The notes below the pieces were generated by a model. The model worked only from the letters and a program-made list of their open reading frames with translations. It ran no database searches and was not told the DNA's origin. From Acidobacteriota bacterium (GTDB taxonomy: Bacteria > Acidobacteriota > Terriglobia > Acidiferrales > UBA7541): DNA of 24,000 bases. The stretch's first letter is position 1. The number at the start of each line of letters is the position of its first letter. The translations under genes were made by a program, and so were the position numbers. Positions 1 to 8,154 of the stretch are shown here, in pieces. The stretch spans positions 3,303 to 27,302 of the forward strand of contig JACQDH010000002.1 of the NCBI GenBank assembly GCA_016201215.1, written 5' to 3'.

Positions 1-2
1 AT

Positions 3-908
3 CCCGCCTCGCGGCGCGTGCTCGAACTCGCGCACAAAGTCGCCGAAACCTCCACCACGCTGCTGATCACGGGAGAGAGCGGCACCGGCAAAGACCAACT
101 CGCACGCCTGGTCCACGAGCTGAGCCCGCGGCGGGATGCGCCCTATCTGAAGATCGATTGCGCCAGCCTGCCGCAAGAACTGGTCGAATCGGAACTGTTC
201 GGCCACGAGCGCGGCGCCTTTACCGGCGCGGTCGAACGCAAGCTCGGCCGGATGGAAATGGCCGACGGCGGCACGCTGGTGCTCGATGAAGTGGCCGCGC
301 TGACCGCCAGCATCCAGTCCAAGCTGCTGCGCGTGCTCGAGGAGCGCAATTTCGAGCGACTGGGCGGCACCGAAACCCTGCACATCGAAGCGCGCCTGGT
401 GGCGCTGACCAACGCCGACCTGGCCAAAGCCGTGGCCGCCGGACGCTTTCGCGAAGACCTCTACTTCCGTTTGAATGTGCTCACCATTGTCGTGCCGCCG
501 CTGCGCGAGCGCCCGGCGGACATCCTGCCGCTGGCCGAGCAACTCCTGGCGAGGCTGGGCCCGGTGCATGGCCGGCCCGACGCGGCCTTCAGCGACGTCG
601 CCCGGGAACTACTGGCGGCCTACCGCTGGCCGGGCAATGTCCGCGAACTCAAGAACGTCATCGAACGCGCGCTGGTCTTCGCCAAAGAGTCCCTGCTGAA
701 GCCGGAGGACTTCCCCGAGAGCGTCCGTGCCGCCGAAGCCGGAACTCCGGTCGGCACCACGCGTCTGCGTTCGCTCGAAGAGGTGCAACGTGAAGTCATC
801 GAGGCCACGCTCGAAGCCACGCGGTATAAGATTTCCAAAGCCGCCGAGATCCTGGGCATTAGCCGGAAAACCCTGCTCGACAAGCGCAAGAAGTACGGCT
901 TGAATTGA
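3..908 (+). CDS. sigma-54-dependent (NtrC/Fis-family) transcriptional activator, 5'-truncated by the window edge
   Basis: The frame is open from the window start. It has an AAA+ Walker A (GESGTGK), the GAFTGA sigma-54 contact loop (ERGAFTGA), a Walker B (LVLDEV), the WPGNVRELKN sensor motif and a C-terminal Fis-type HTH (ISKAAEILGISRKTLLDKRKKYGL). Confidence 0.9.
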   Translation, partial: PASRRVLELAHKVAETSTTLLITGESGTGKDQLARLVHELSPRRDAPYLKIDCASLPQELVESELFGHERGAFTGAVERKLGRMEMADGGTLVLDEVAALTASIQSKLLRVLEERNFERLGGTETLHIEARLVALTNADLAKAVAAGRFREDLYFRLNVLTIVVPPLRERPADILPLAEQLLARLGPVHGRPDAAFSDVARELLAAYRWPGNVRELKNVIERALVFAKESLLKPEDFPESVRAAEAGTPVGTTRLRSLEEVQREVIEATLEATRYKISKAAEILGISRKTLLDKRKKYGLN

Positions 909-951
909 GAGATTGCCGATCGCCATCCGGCGTGGCCCCGGAACGCGTGCC

Positions 952-1021
952 TCTGTCATCCTGAGTGCAGCGCAGGATCTCAACGATGAGATTTTTCGCT
1001 GCGTCCCGACACGGCCGGGAC
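952..1021. repeat. intergenic GC-rich hairpin element (GTCATCCTGAG-type, REP-like) or possible terminator
   Basis: GCAGCG(967-972)...CGCTGC(997-1002) encloses an inner stem ATCTCA/TGAGAT with a TTTT run. A second stem GTCCCG/CGGGAC lies at 1003-1021. Only one copy occurs in this window, so repeat status rests on my recollection of similar intergenic motifs. Confidence 0.3.
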
Positions 1022-1098
1022 TTCGCTCAGCTTGACACACGGAGTCGCAGCCCAAACTTTCCCGTGCGGGTCCACGCAGGAAGCCGCGGCGCGGAACG

Positions 1099-1530
1099 AT
1101 GATGAAAATCCGGATGGTCATGCTGGGCAAGACGCGCCGCGCGGAGTTTCGCGCGCTGCTAGAGGACTACCTCGTGCGCATCCGCCGCTACGCGCCGATC
1201 GAGACCGTCGAGCTGCGCGACTCCGCGGCAGCGGCTCGCAAACTCCAGCTCGATCCGGCAAGCACAGTGGTTCTGCTCGACGCCGCCGGAAAGCAATTCA
1301 CTTCGCAGCAGTTCGCCCGCTGGCTCGGCGAGCGTCGCGACCACGGCACTCGCGAACTGGTTTTTCTGTGCGGCGACGCCGACGGCTTCCCGGAAGCCAT
1401 CCGCCGCGCCGCCATTGCCAAGCTCTCGCTCTCCGCGCTCACCGTGCCGCATGAATTTGCCCGCGTCGTGCTGGCCGAGCAGCTCTATCGCGCGTTCGCC
1501 ATTCTCGCGGGACATCCTTACCCGAAGTAG
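1099..1530 (+). CDS. rlmH: 23S rRNA (pseudouridine1915-N3)-methyltransferase RlmH (SPOUT family)
   Basis: 143 aa, the right size. It has the typical RlmH layout: VLLDAAGKQFTSQQFA, FLCGDADGF, LSLSALTVPH and a C-terminal GHPYPK (compare the HPYHR end of E. coli RlmH). Confidence 0.85.
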   Translation: MMKIRMVMLGKTRRAEFRALLEDYLVRIRRYAPIETVELRDSAAAARKLQLDPASTVVLLDAAGKQFTSQQFARWLGERRDHGTRELVFLCGDADGFPEAIRRAAIAKLSLSALTVPHEFARVVLAEQLYRAFAILAGHPYPK

Positions 1531-1695
1531 CCTGCGGCACATGGATTGGCCGGACGCCCCCTGCGTTTACTCGACGGGTCAAGCGGTGTAAACTCTTGTC
1601 GATACACGCAGCCGTGGTTTGCGTGTCCCCGTCGTGTGATCCCGCTCGCGCTTGCGGCCGCGCCCCTTCCAGAGCACGCAAGGAGGTCGCCGGCG

Positions 1696-2205
1696 ATGAA
1701 AACCTTCGCCAAGTGGAAGCTGACGGGCCTGGGAATTCTTCTGCTCACGGCAGCCGCCTGCCAAACGGGCAGCGGCCGGTCGGCGCGGGAGCCTGCGGGC
1801 GCGCAGGGCCAAGGGGGATGGAATCCTTATCAGGACACGAAGGGGTTCTCAGTCTCCTTGCCGCCCGGCTGGAGCGCGCGGGCCGACCGCGCCACCGGGC
1901 GCGTGGACATCCAGGGCGCGGCCGGCGAATCGGCCGTCGTCTGGCCGGTTTTTCTACCGGCGGCCGGGACTGCGCCTCCTGATTCCGCCTCCGCCGCTGC
2001 GATCCTTCACCGTCTGGCGACAAAAATCTGGCCGGACGCAAGTTGGGACGCGCCCCAATCGGTCGGCCCGGCAGCCGTCCGGCTGCGCGGGCGGCGCGGC
2101 GACGCCATCGTGACTACCGTTTTCACCTGGATGCCGAGCCCCAAAGGCGCAGCAGCGTACTTCTATGCCACCACAGCTCCCGCAGCGCGTTACCGCAGCC
2201 TCTAA
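1696..2205 (+). CDS. hypothetical lipoprotein (N-terminal module of a possibly split gene)
   Basis: The ATG at 1696 is preceded by AGGAGG (1681-1686). Signal peptide with lipobox: MKTFAKWKLTGLGILLLTAAAC. It ends at TAA 2203-2205 and is in frame with the next ORF. Confidence 0.6.
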   Translation: MKTFAKWKLTGLGILLLTAAACQTGSGRSAREPAGAQGQGGWNPYQDTKGFSVSLPPGWSARADRATGRVDIQGAAGESAVVWPVFLPAAGTAPPDSASAAAILHRLATKIWPDASWDAPQSVGPAAVRLRGRRGDAIVTTVFTWMPSPKGAAAYFYATTAPAARYRSL

Positions 2206-2247
2206 GATTCCTTTGCCAGAATCCTGGCCAGCTTCCGCGCCGTCGGT

Positions 2248-3225
2248 ATGCCCGCGGCGCAGCCCGCCGAGCCCGCGGTTCGCTACGTCCGCTGGAGCGA
2301 CCCGCGCGAGAACGCCTTCAGCCTGGAAGTGCCTGCCGGCTGGCGCGTGACCGGCGGGCTGTTCCGCTTCGCCTCGGTGGACACACGAGGAGCCGTGGAA
2401 GCAGCTTCGCCGGACGGCCAGATTCGTATCACGCTGGGCGACGCCGAGCTGCCGACATTTACGGAACCGAACCAGACGCTGGCCATGACCGGCTTCACCG
2501 AAGGGCGATGGTATTCGCCCGGTTACGGCGTGCAGTTTCTCGTGCGCCGCTACACGCCGGGCACTGCGTTTGCCACCGAATATGTGCGCACCAAAGTCGC
2601 GCGGGGCTGCTCAGAGCTCAGCTTGCTTGACACGCGCGACCGCCCCGACGCGGTGCAGGCCATCAACGCCGTCAACGCGCAGTACAGCGCTGTCGGCGTC
2701 TCCATGGTCGTGACCGCAGGCGAGACGGCCTTCACCTGCCGCAGCAGCGGCCGAATGCTGCGCGGCTACTACTTCGCCGGGACGCAATTGACGCGAACGC
2801 AGGGCGTGAGCCTGTGGAACGTCCAGTACCTGTTCGGCGGCATCGCCCCGGCGGATAAGACTGCGCAGGGGCAGGTTGTGCTCGAGCACATGGTTCGCTC
2901 CTTCGAGTTGAATCCCCAGTGGGTGGGAATGCAGCAGAACATCACTGCCAATACGTCCAAGATTGTCAGCCGCACGCATCAAGAAATCTCCAACATCATT
3001 TCCGACACCTACTGGAGCCGCCAGTCGGTGATGGACGAGCTCAGCCGGCGCCGGTCGAACGTTACGCTCGGCCTCGAAGACGTGATCGATACGCAGTACG
3101 GGCGGCAAATCAAGGTGGAGAGCGGCTCAAACTACTACTGGATCGACCACACCGGCACGATTGTCGGCACCGACACCTACACGCGCCCCAATCTGGATTT
3201 CCGCGAGCTGATTCGCCTGCCGTAG
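2248..3225 (+). CDS. hypothetical protein (second module; same frame as 1696-2205)
   Basis: A 325-aa ORF with host-like codon usage. It contains a motif (FSLEVPAGW) paralogous to FSVSLPPGW in the upstream ORF. No recognisable catalytic family. Confidence 0.6.
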   Translation: MPAAQPAEPAVRYVRWSDPRENAFSLEVPAGWRVTGGLFRFASVDTRGAVEAASPDGQIRITLGDAELPTFTEPNQTLAMTGFTEGRWYSPGYGVQFLVRRYTPGTAFATEYVRTKVARGCSELSLLDTRDRPDAVQAINAVNAQYSAVGVSMVVTAGETAFTCRSSGRMLRGYYFAGTQLTRTQGVSLWNVQYLFGGIAPADKTAQGQVVLEHMVRSFELNPQWVGMQQNITANTSKIVSRTHQEISNIISDTYWSRQSVMDELSRRRSNVTLGLEDVIDTQYGRQIKVESGSNYYWIDHTGTIVGTDTYTRPNLDFRELIRLP

Positions 3226-3312
3226 CGCTCGGCTCGCGCGTTGCGTGTCCGCGACTCTTCGCTGAGGACCCCTACCCCAAACGCCAGTCCTGGTGTAAAA
3301 GGTTTCTCTGCC

Positions 3313-3693
3313 ATGGCCATCAAGATTACGCACGACCCGGGCGCGCCGACCGCCGCGGTCGAGTTAATGATCACGCGACCGCTGCCCGATTACGACCTCG
3401 AAGTGGTCGAGGCGCGCGTGCCGCGCGACGTGGACGGCATCCTCGTCTCACAAGGATTCAGAGACCTGATGGACGATGCGCAGGGAATCCTTGATCGTGC
3501 TCTGGTCGATGCGGGTATCGAAATCGCGCAGCTTACCGGAGCAATCTGCCCCGATGGCGGCGTTTATCGCCCTGGCATCTGGCTGGTGCTACGCGAACCC
3601 GGCGCGGTAGCAGGTCAAGGTATGTCGGCCGCCGCGCGCGAACGCGTCGCCGCCGTGGCCAAGGAACTGCGTGCCCGCCTCGCGCTCTCCTGA
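3313..3693 (+). CDS. hypothetical small protein
   Basis: ATG at 3313 (MAIKITHDPG...), 126 aa with GC3-rich codon usage. No family recognised. Confidence 0.45.
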   Translation: MAIKITHDPGAPTAAVELMITRPLPDYDLEVVEARVPRDVDGILVSQGFRDLMDDAQGILDRALVDAGIEIAQLTGAICPDGGVYRPGIWLVLREPGAVAGQGMSAAARERVAAVAKELRARLALS

Positions 3694-3825
3694 CTAAGAA
3701 CCAAGAGATATGAATGCAGCGGCGCTCGTAGCCCGTGACAAGCGGAGTGAGGCAGGTCACCACGGAGACGAGTGACTCGCTATAGCACGTCGCCACAACG
3801 GCTTACCATCCTGCCGAGGCTGCGC

Positions 3826-3854
3826 TTGACGTTTCTGCGCCCTGCCTTCACTAT
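3826..3854 (+). promoter_or_regulatory. candidate sigma-70 promoter upstream of cobO
   Basis: TTGACG (3826-3831), a 17-nt spacer, then CACTAT (3849-3854), about 50 nt upstream of the ATG at 3904. Confidence 0.3.
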
Positions 3855-3903
3855 TTCCTCTGCTCTTTACCGGGCGCTGAAGGCTGCGGCCAAGCGCTCC
3901 TCC

Positions 3904-4440
3904 ATGCCCGAAGAAAAAGGTCTGCTGATCGTTTACACGGGTCCCGGCAAGGGCAAGACCACGTGCGCTCTGGGGACGGCGTTTCGCGCCGTGGGCCAGG
4001 GGCTGCGCGTGCTCATGGTGCAGTTCATCAAGGGTTCGTGGCACTATGGGGAGCTGGACGCGGCCAAGATGCTGGGCGACGACAAGATGGAGATTCGCCC
4101 GATGGGCCGCGGCTTTGTCAAAGTCGGCGGCGCGGAGACCGACCCAGAAGACATCCGGCTGTGCCAGGAGGCCTGGGAGTTCAGCCGGGCGCAGATCAAC
4201 AGCAGCAAGTATGATCTCGTTGTGCTCGACGAGATCAACTACGTGATCAGCTATGGCATGCTCGACGTGGAACAAGTGGTGGCGGCGCTGGTGGCGCGGC
4301 CCGAGCGCATCCACGTGATTTGCACCGGGCGCAACGCGCACCCGAAGCTGGTCGAACTGGCCGATCTGGTCACCGAGATGCGCGAGGTCAAGCACCCGTA
4401 CACCAAGGGCATCCTGGCGCAGCGGGGTATTGACTACTAG
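3904..4440 (+). CDS. cobO: cob(I)yrinic acid a,c-diamide / cob(I)alamin adenosyltransferase (CobO/BtuR family)
   Basis: MPEEKGLLIVYTGPGKGKTTCALG P-loop, VQFIKG, DLVVLDEINY, and a C-terminal HPY...GIDY, all typical of the CobO/BtuR family. I place the start at ATG 3904 rather than the track start at 3772. Confidence 0.85.
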   Translation: MPEEKGLLIVYTGPGKGKTTCALGTAFRAVGQGLRVLMVQFIKGSWHYGELDAAKMLGDDKMEIRPMGRGFVKVGGAETDPEDIRLCQEAWEFSRAQINSSKYDLVVLDEINYVISYGMLDVEQVVAALVARPERIHVICTGRNAHPKLVELADLVTEMREVKHPYTKGILAQRGIDY

Positions 4441-4448
4441 AAATTTGC

Positions 4449-4473
4449 GATCTCCTATCTGAGATCTGAGATC
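4449..4473 (+). promoter_or_regulatory. inverted plus tandem repeat immediately upstream of the accD start
   Basis: GATCTC (4449-4454) pairs with GAGATC (4461-4466). TGAGATC-like units repeat in tandem (CTGAGATCTGAGATC). The block ends 4 nt before the ATG at 4478. No obvious Shine-Dalgarno. Confidence 0.2.
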
Positions 4474-4477
4474 ACAC

Positions 4478-6457
4478 ATGGCCTGGTTCAAACGCGAGAA
4501 GAAGGCGATCGAACAGCCCACGCCGCCCGACGAGCGACGCGTCAAGACCGAGGGCTTGTGGATCAAGTGCGAGGCCTGCCGCGCCATCGTCTGGAAGAAG
4601 GACCTTGAGACCAACTGGCAGGTCTGCCCGAAGTGCCAGCACCACTTCAAGCTGGACGCGCGGCGGCGCCTGGAGCTGCTGCTCGACGGTCGCTGGCTGG
4701 AACACGAGGTCGCAATGGCCTCCACCGACCCGCTCGGGTTTACGGACTCCAAGCCTTACGCCCAGCGTTTGAAAGAGGCGCAGAAAAAGCTGGGCCTGTC
4801 CGACGCCATCCTCACCGTGGAAGGCCAACTGGCCGGCCGCCCGCTGGTCTGCTGCTCGATGGAGTTCGGCTTCATCGGCGGCTCGATGGGCGCGGTGGTG
4901 GGCGAGAAGGTAACGCGCGCGATCGAGCTGGCCATCGAAAAGAAGCTGCCGCTGGTGATCGTCTCCTGCTCGGGCGGCGCGCGCATGATGGAAGGCACCA
5001 TCAGCCTGATGCAGCTCGCCAAGGTCTCCGCGGCGCTGGCGCGGCTGGATGAGGTGCGCTTGCCATACGTCTCCGTGCTCACCGATCCCACCACCGGCGG
5101 GGTCACCGCCAGCTACGCCATGCTCGGTGACCTCAACATCGCCGAACCCGGCGCGCTGATCGGCTTTGCCGGCCCGCGCGTCATCGAGCAGACCATCCGG
5201 CAGAAGCTGCCCCCTGGCTTTCAGCGTAGCGAGTTTTTGGTACAGCACGGCTTCCTCGACGCAGTCGTCAAACGCAGTGAATTGATGCTCGACAGCGTCC
5301 TGCGCGCCGCCGGCCTACACACCGCTCTCTACACCTCGCCGCATCTCGAGCGCATCAACGAGCGGCTGCGCCTGGACGGCGAGGACATCTCCGACGCCGA
5401 ATTCACCGAGGCTTTTGAGCGTCTGCAAGCGCTGATCGAGCGCCTGATGGCCACCGGCGAGTTGCCCGCGCACCCGACCTACTTCGAGTGCCTGACGGCC
5501 ATGGCTCTGGAGGTTTTCGCCCGGCGGCAGGTAGATTTCGCCGTCTTCGAGGTGGGCATGGGCGGGCGGCTGGACTCGACCAACATCGTCACGCCCGAGG
5601 TCGCCGTCATCACGCAGATTGATTTCGACCACGAGAATTTCCTGGGCCACTCGATCGAGGAGATTGCCGCAGAAAAAGCCGGCATCATCAAACCCGGCGC
5701 GTGCGTGGTGAGCGCCGCGGAGCGGCCCGAGGCACGCGCGGTGATTGCGCGGCGCGCTGCAGAAAGGGACGCGCGGCTGGTGGAGGTGGACACCGCCTAT
5801 CGCATCGAGGAGATGCAGACCTCAGCGGGTTGCTATCGCGCCGTGATTTCTTCAGCGCACTCCGCAAAGCGCGTGGAGCTGGCGCCGCCGCTGCCCGGGC
5901 GCTTCCAGGTGCGCAACGCCCTGACCGCATTGGCCGCGGCGCGCCTGCTCACTGAGCGCGGATATCCTCTCGATGATGCGGCCATCGCGCGCGGCATCGC
6001 TACGGTCCGCTGGCCCGGGCGCCTGGAAAAAGTCCAGGACCGGCCCGCGGTCTATCTCGACGGCACCCACAACCCCGCCGGCGCGCGCGAGTTGCTGGCG
6101 TTTTGGGACGAGCATTTCGCCGGCTGCCGCATCCACCTGGTCTATGGTGCGATGCGCGATAAAGCGGTTGATGAAATTACCGGCCTGCTCTTCCCGCGCG
6201 CGGCGACGGTCACGCTCACGCAGCCGCGCCAGCCCCGCGCGATCTCCGCCGGTGTGCTCTTAAAGATGACGCGCCACCTCAACGATTCGATCGAGGTTGC
6301 CGAAGCGCCGGAAGAAGCGCTCGAAGACGCCTTGGATCTTGCCGCCCCTGGCGATGCGGTGTTTGCCACGGGCTCGCTTTACCTGGCCGGCGACCTCCGC
6401 CGCTGGTGGTTTGCCCGCCGCGCCAGTCAGGCCGCCACCGCTCCCAGCACAGACTGA
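4478..6457 (+). CDS. accD/folC: in-frame fusion ORF: acetyl-CoA carboxylase carboxyltransferase beta (AccD, about 4478-5285) joined to an N-terminally truncated folylpolyglutamate/dihydrofolate synthase (FolC, about 5286-6457)
   Basis: The AccD part has a Zn-ribbon (CEACRAIVWKKDLETNWQVCPKCQHH), FGFIGGSMG, SGGARMMEG and FQRSEFLVQHGFLDAVVKRSEL. The sequence then continues directly as MLDSVLRAAGLHTALYTSPHL..., which matches FolC just after its P-loop. Later FolC motifs are present: EVGMGGRLDSTN, DFDH, GRFQ, DGTHNP. Confidence 0.85.
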   Translation: MAWFKREKKAIEQPTPPDERRVKTEGLWIKCEACRAIVWKKDLETNWQVCPKCQHHFKLDARRRLELLLDGRWLEHEVAMASTDPLGFTDSKPYAQRLKEAQKKLGLSDAILTVEGQLAGRPLVCCSMEFGFIGGSMGAVVGEKVTRAIELAIEKKLPLVIVSCSGGARMMEGTISLMQLAKVSAALARLDEVRLPYVSVLTDPTTGGVTASYAMLGDLNIAEPGALIGFAGPRVIEQTIRQKLPPGFQRSEFLVQHGFLDAVVKRSELMLDSVLRAAGLHTALYTSPHLERINERLRLDGEDISDAEFTEAFERLQALIERLMATGELPAHPTYFECLTAMALEVFARRQVDFAVFEVGMGGRLDSTNIVTPEVAVITQIDFDHENFLGHSIEEIAAEKAGIIKPGACVVSAAERPEARAVIARRAAERDARLVEVDTAYRIEEMQTSAGCYRAVISSAHSAKRVELAPPLPGRFQVRNALTALAAARLLTERGYPLDDAAIARGIATVRWPGRLEKVQDRPAVYLDGTHNPAGARELLAFWDEHFAGCRIHLVYGAMRDKAVDEITGLLFPRAATVTLTQPRQPRAISAGVLLKMTRHLNDSIEVAEAPEEALEDALDLAAPGDAVFATGSLYLAGDLRRWWFARRASQAATAPSTD

Positions 6458-6521
6458 GCCCTCACCGACCTGACACGGCGCGCATCGGCACGGGTTGCTG
6501 CGCCCCAGAGCCGATGCTAGG

Positions 6522-7322
6522 ATGAAAGAATCGATGCCAAGTGAAATACAGCACAGTCCGCGGGTCGGCGTGCCCTGGCGCACCGCGCGAGAAGAAGCCC
6601 AGAACAACCGGCCGAAAATTGACAACTACCTTCGCGCCGTCGAAGCCGCCGGCGGCGCGCCCGAGTTGATCTCCCTGGGCACACTTGGAGGCCTCCGCCC
6701 GGAGCTGGACGGCCTGTTGCGCGCGTTTGACGCCTTTGTGCTTCCTGGCAGTCCGGCCGACGTGGACCCAACGCGCTACGGCGTCCGCCGCCACCCGCTG
6801 TGCGCTGAAGCGGACCCGCAGCGGGAGCGCACCGACTATGCCGTGCTCAACCACGCCTTCGCCGCCAAGAAGCCGGTCCTGGCCATCTGCTACGGCACCC
6901 AGCTTTTGAACGTCTATCTCGGTGGCACGCTCCTGCAAGACATCCGCAGCGAGCTGCGGAGCATGATCCGGCACAGCAAGAAAGACCCACCACCCAGCAC
7001 CGACGACCCCATGCACGCCGCGCGGATCGAGGGCGGATCGAAGCTCGCCGGGCTGGCCGGGATGACCGGGCTGGCGGAGACGGGTTATTCCGCGTACGTC
7101 AACAGCTCGCATCATCAGTCCATTCTCACGCCCGGCCGCGGCCTGCGCATCACCGCGCACGCCCCCGATGGAGTCGTGGAAGCAGTGGAATGGACCGGCG
7201 ACGCCAACTGGGTGGTTGGGGTGCAGTGGCACCCGGAGCGCATGCCGGACGATCGCCTGGCGGAAGCGTTATTCCGCAACCTGATCGCTGCCGCGCGCGG
7301 CGCGGTTTCCGGGGTTCGGTGA
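6522..7322 (+). CDS. class-I glutamine amidotransferase / gamma-glutamyl-GABA hydrolase-like (peptidase C26 family)
   Basis: VLAICYGTQLLN provides the nucleophile Cys. SSHHQS and VVGVQWHPE motifs are present. The start is uncertain: ATG 6522 or 6534. Confidence 0.8.
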   Translation: MKESMPSEIQHSPRVGVPWRTAREEAQNNRPKIDNYLRAVEAAGGAPELISLGTLGGLRPELDGLLRAFDAFVLPGSPADVDPTRYGVRRHPLCAEADPQRERTDYAVLNHAFAAKKPVLAICYGTQLLNVYLGGTLLQDIRSELRSMIRHSKKDPPPSTDDPMHAARIEGGSKLAGLAGMTGLAETGYSAYVNSSHHQSILTPGRGLRITAHAPDGVVEAVEWTGDANWVVGVQWHPERMPDDRLAEALFRNLIAAARGAVSGVR

Positions 7323-7350
7323 CCGGTATCGAGACTCGGGTTCTCGTTGT

Positions 7351-7380
7351 TCCATTTTTCTTTTCCCTTTTCCTTTCTCC
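7351..7380 (+). other. polypyrimidine tract in the 5' region of the SDR gene
   Basis: tccatttttcttttcccttttcctttctcc; positions 7355-7380 are 26 consecutive pyrimidines. It is followed by GGGGGA and the ATG at 7390. Confidence 0.5.
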
Positions 7381-7389
7381 GGGGGACGC

Positions 7390-8154
7390 ATGATTTCGCT
7401 CGCGGGCAAGGCAGCACTCATCACGGGAGGCTCGCGCGGCATCGGCGCAGCAGTGGTGAAGCTGTTCGCGCAAGCTGGCGCCGACGTGGTGTTCAACTAC
7501 CACCGCAACCGCGAGGCCGCCCGCCAAGTTGAGCAGGAAGCGCGGAAGCACGGCACGCGCGTCGAGTCGCTCAAGGCCGATTTGGGCCGCATGGCCGACG
7601 CGCGCAAGCTGGTGAAGTACACGGCCGAGCGCCTGGGCCGGCTCGACATTCTGGTGGCCAACGCCGGCATCTGGAACGCGGAGGACGCCCCGATCGACAA
7701 GATGACGGAGCGCGAGTGGGATGAAATGGTGCGCGTGAATCTGAAGAGCGTCTATGGGGTCACGCACTTCGCCGCGGCGCACATGATCGCGCAGCGCTCC
7801 GGGCGCATCATCGCCATCAGCTCGACCGCGGGACAGCGCGGCGAGGCGTTCCACACGCACTACGCCGCCACCAAGGGCGCCATCATCAGCTTCGTCAAAG
7901 GGCTGAGCACCGAGCTGGCGCGGCACAACATCCTGGTCAATTGCGTCGCACCGGGCTGGGTGGATACGGAGATGTCCCGGCCGGTGCTCGCGACCAAGGC
8001 CGGATGGAAATTCGCCACCTCCGCAATTCCCCTGGGCCGCGCGGCCACCGCGGAAGAGATCGCCGGGCCGATCCTGTTTCTCGCCTCCGACCTTGCAACC
8101 TTTGTGACCGGTGAGATCCTCAATGTAAATGGAGGTGCGGTGCTGTGCGGCTGA
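7390..8154 (+). CDS. SDR-family oxidoreductase (3-oxoacyl-ACP reductase FabG-like)
   Basis: TGGSRGIG cofactor motif, NAG, the catalytic S...YAATK (YxxxK) and a C-terminal NVNGG. Confidence 0.85.
   Translation: MISLAGKAALITGGSRGIGAAVVKLFAQAGADVVFNYHRNREAARQVEQEARKHGTRVESLKADLGRMADARKLVKYTAERLGRLDILVANAGIWNAEDAPIDKMTEREWDEMVRVNLKSVYGVTHFAAAHMIAQRSGRIIAISSTAGQRGEAFHTHYAATKGAIISFVKGLSTELARHNILVNCVAPGWVDTEMSRPVLATKAGWKFATSAIPLGRAATAEEIAGPILFLASDLATFVTGEILNVNGGAVLCG

Noticed and set aside
1032-1060. TTGACA at 1032-1037 as a -35 element for rlmH.
   Set aside because: No acceptable -10 hexamer occurs at 16-18 nt spacing (AACTTT/ACTTTC).
3694-3903. Possible cobalamin riboswitch in the 210-nt gap upstream of cobO.
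   Set aside because: I could not find a B12-box-like core or the conserved GGTG/GGGAA/GCCACTG-type segments by eye. Only a short hairpin (GTCAC...GTGAC) and a promoter-like pair are present. A covariance-model scan (Rfam RF00174) would settle this.
7227-7242. TGGCAC-N5-GCGCA motif resembling a sigma-54 promoter.
   Set aside because: It lies inside the amidotransferase coding region, where it encodes the conserved QWHPE motif. It also lacks the TTGC -12 element.
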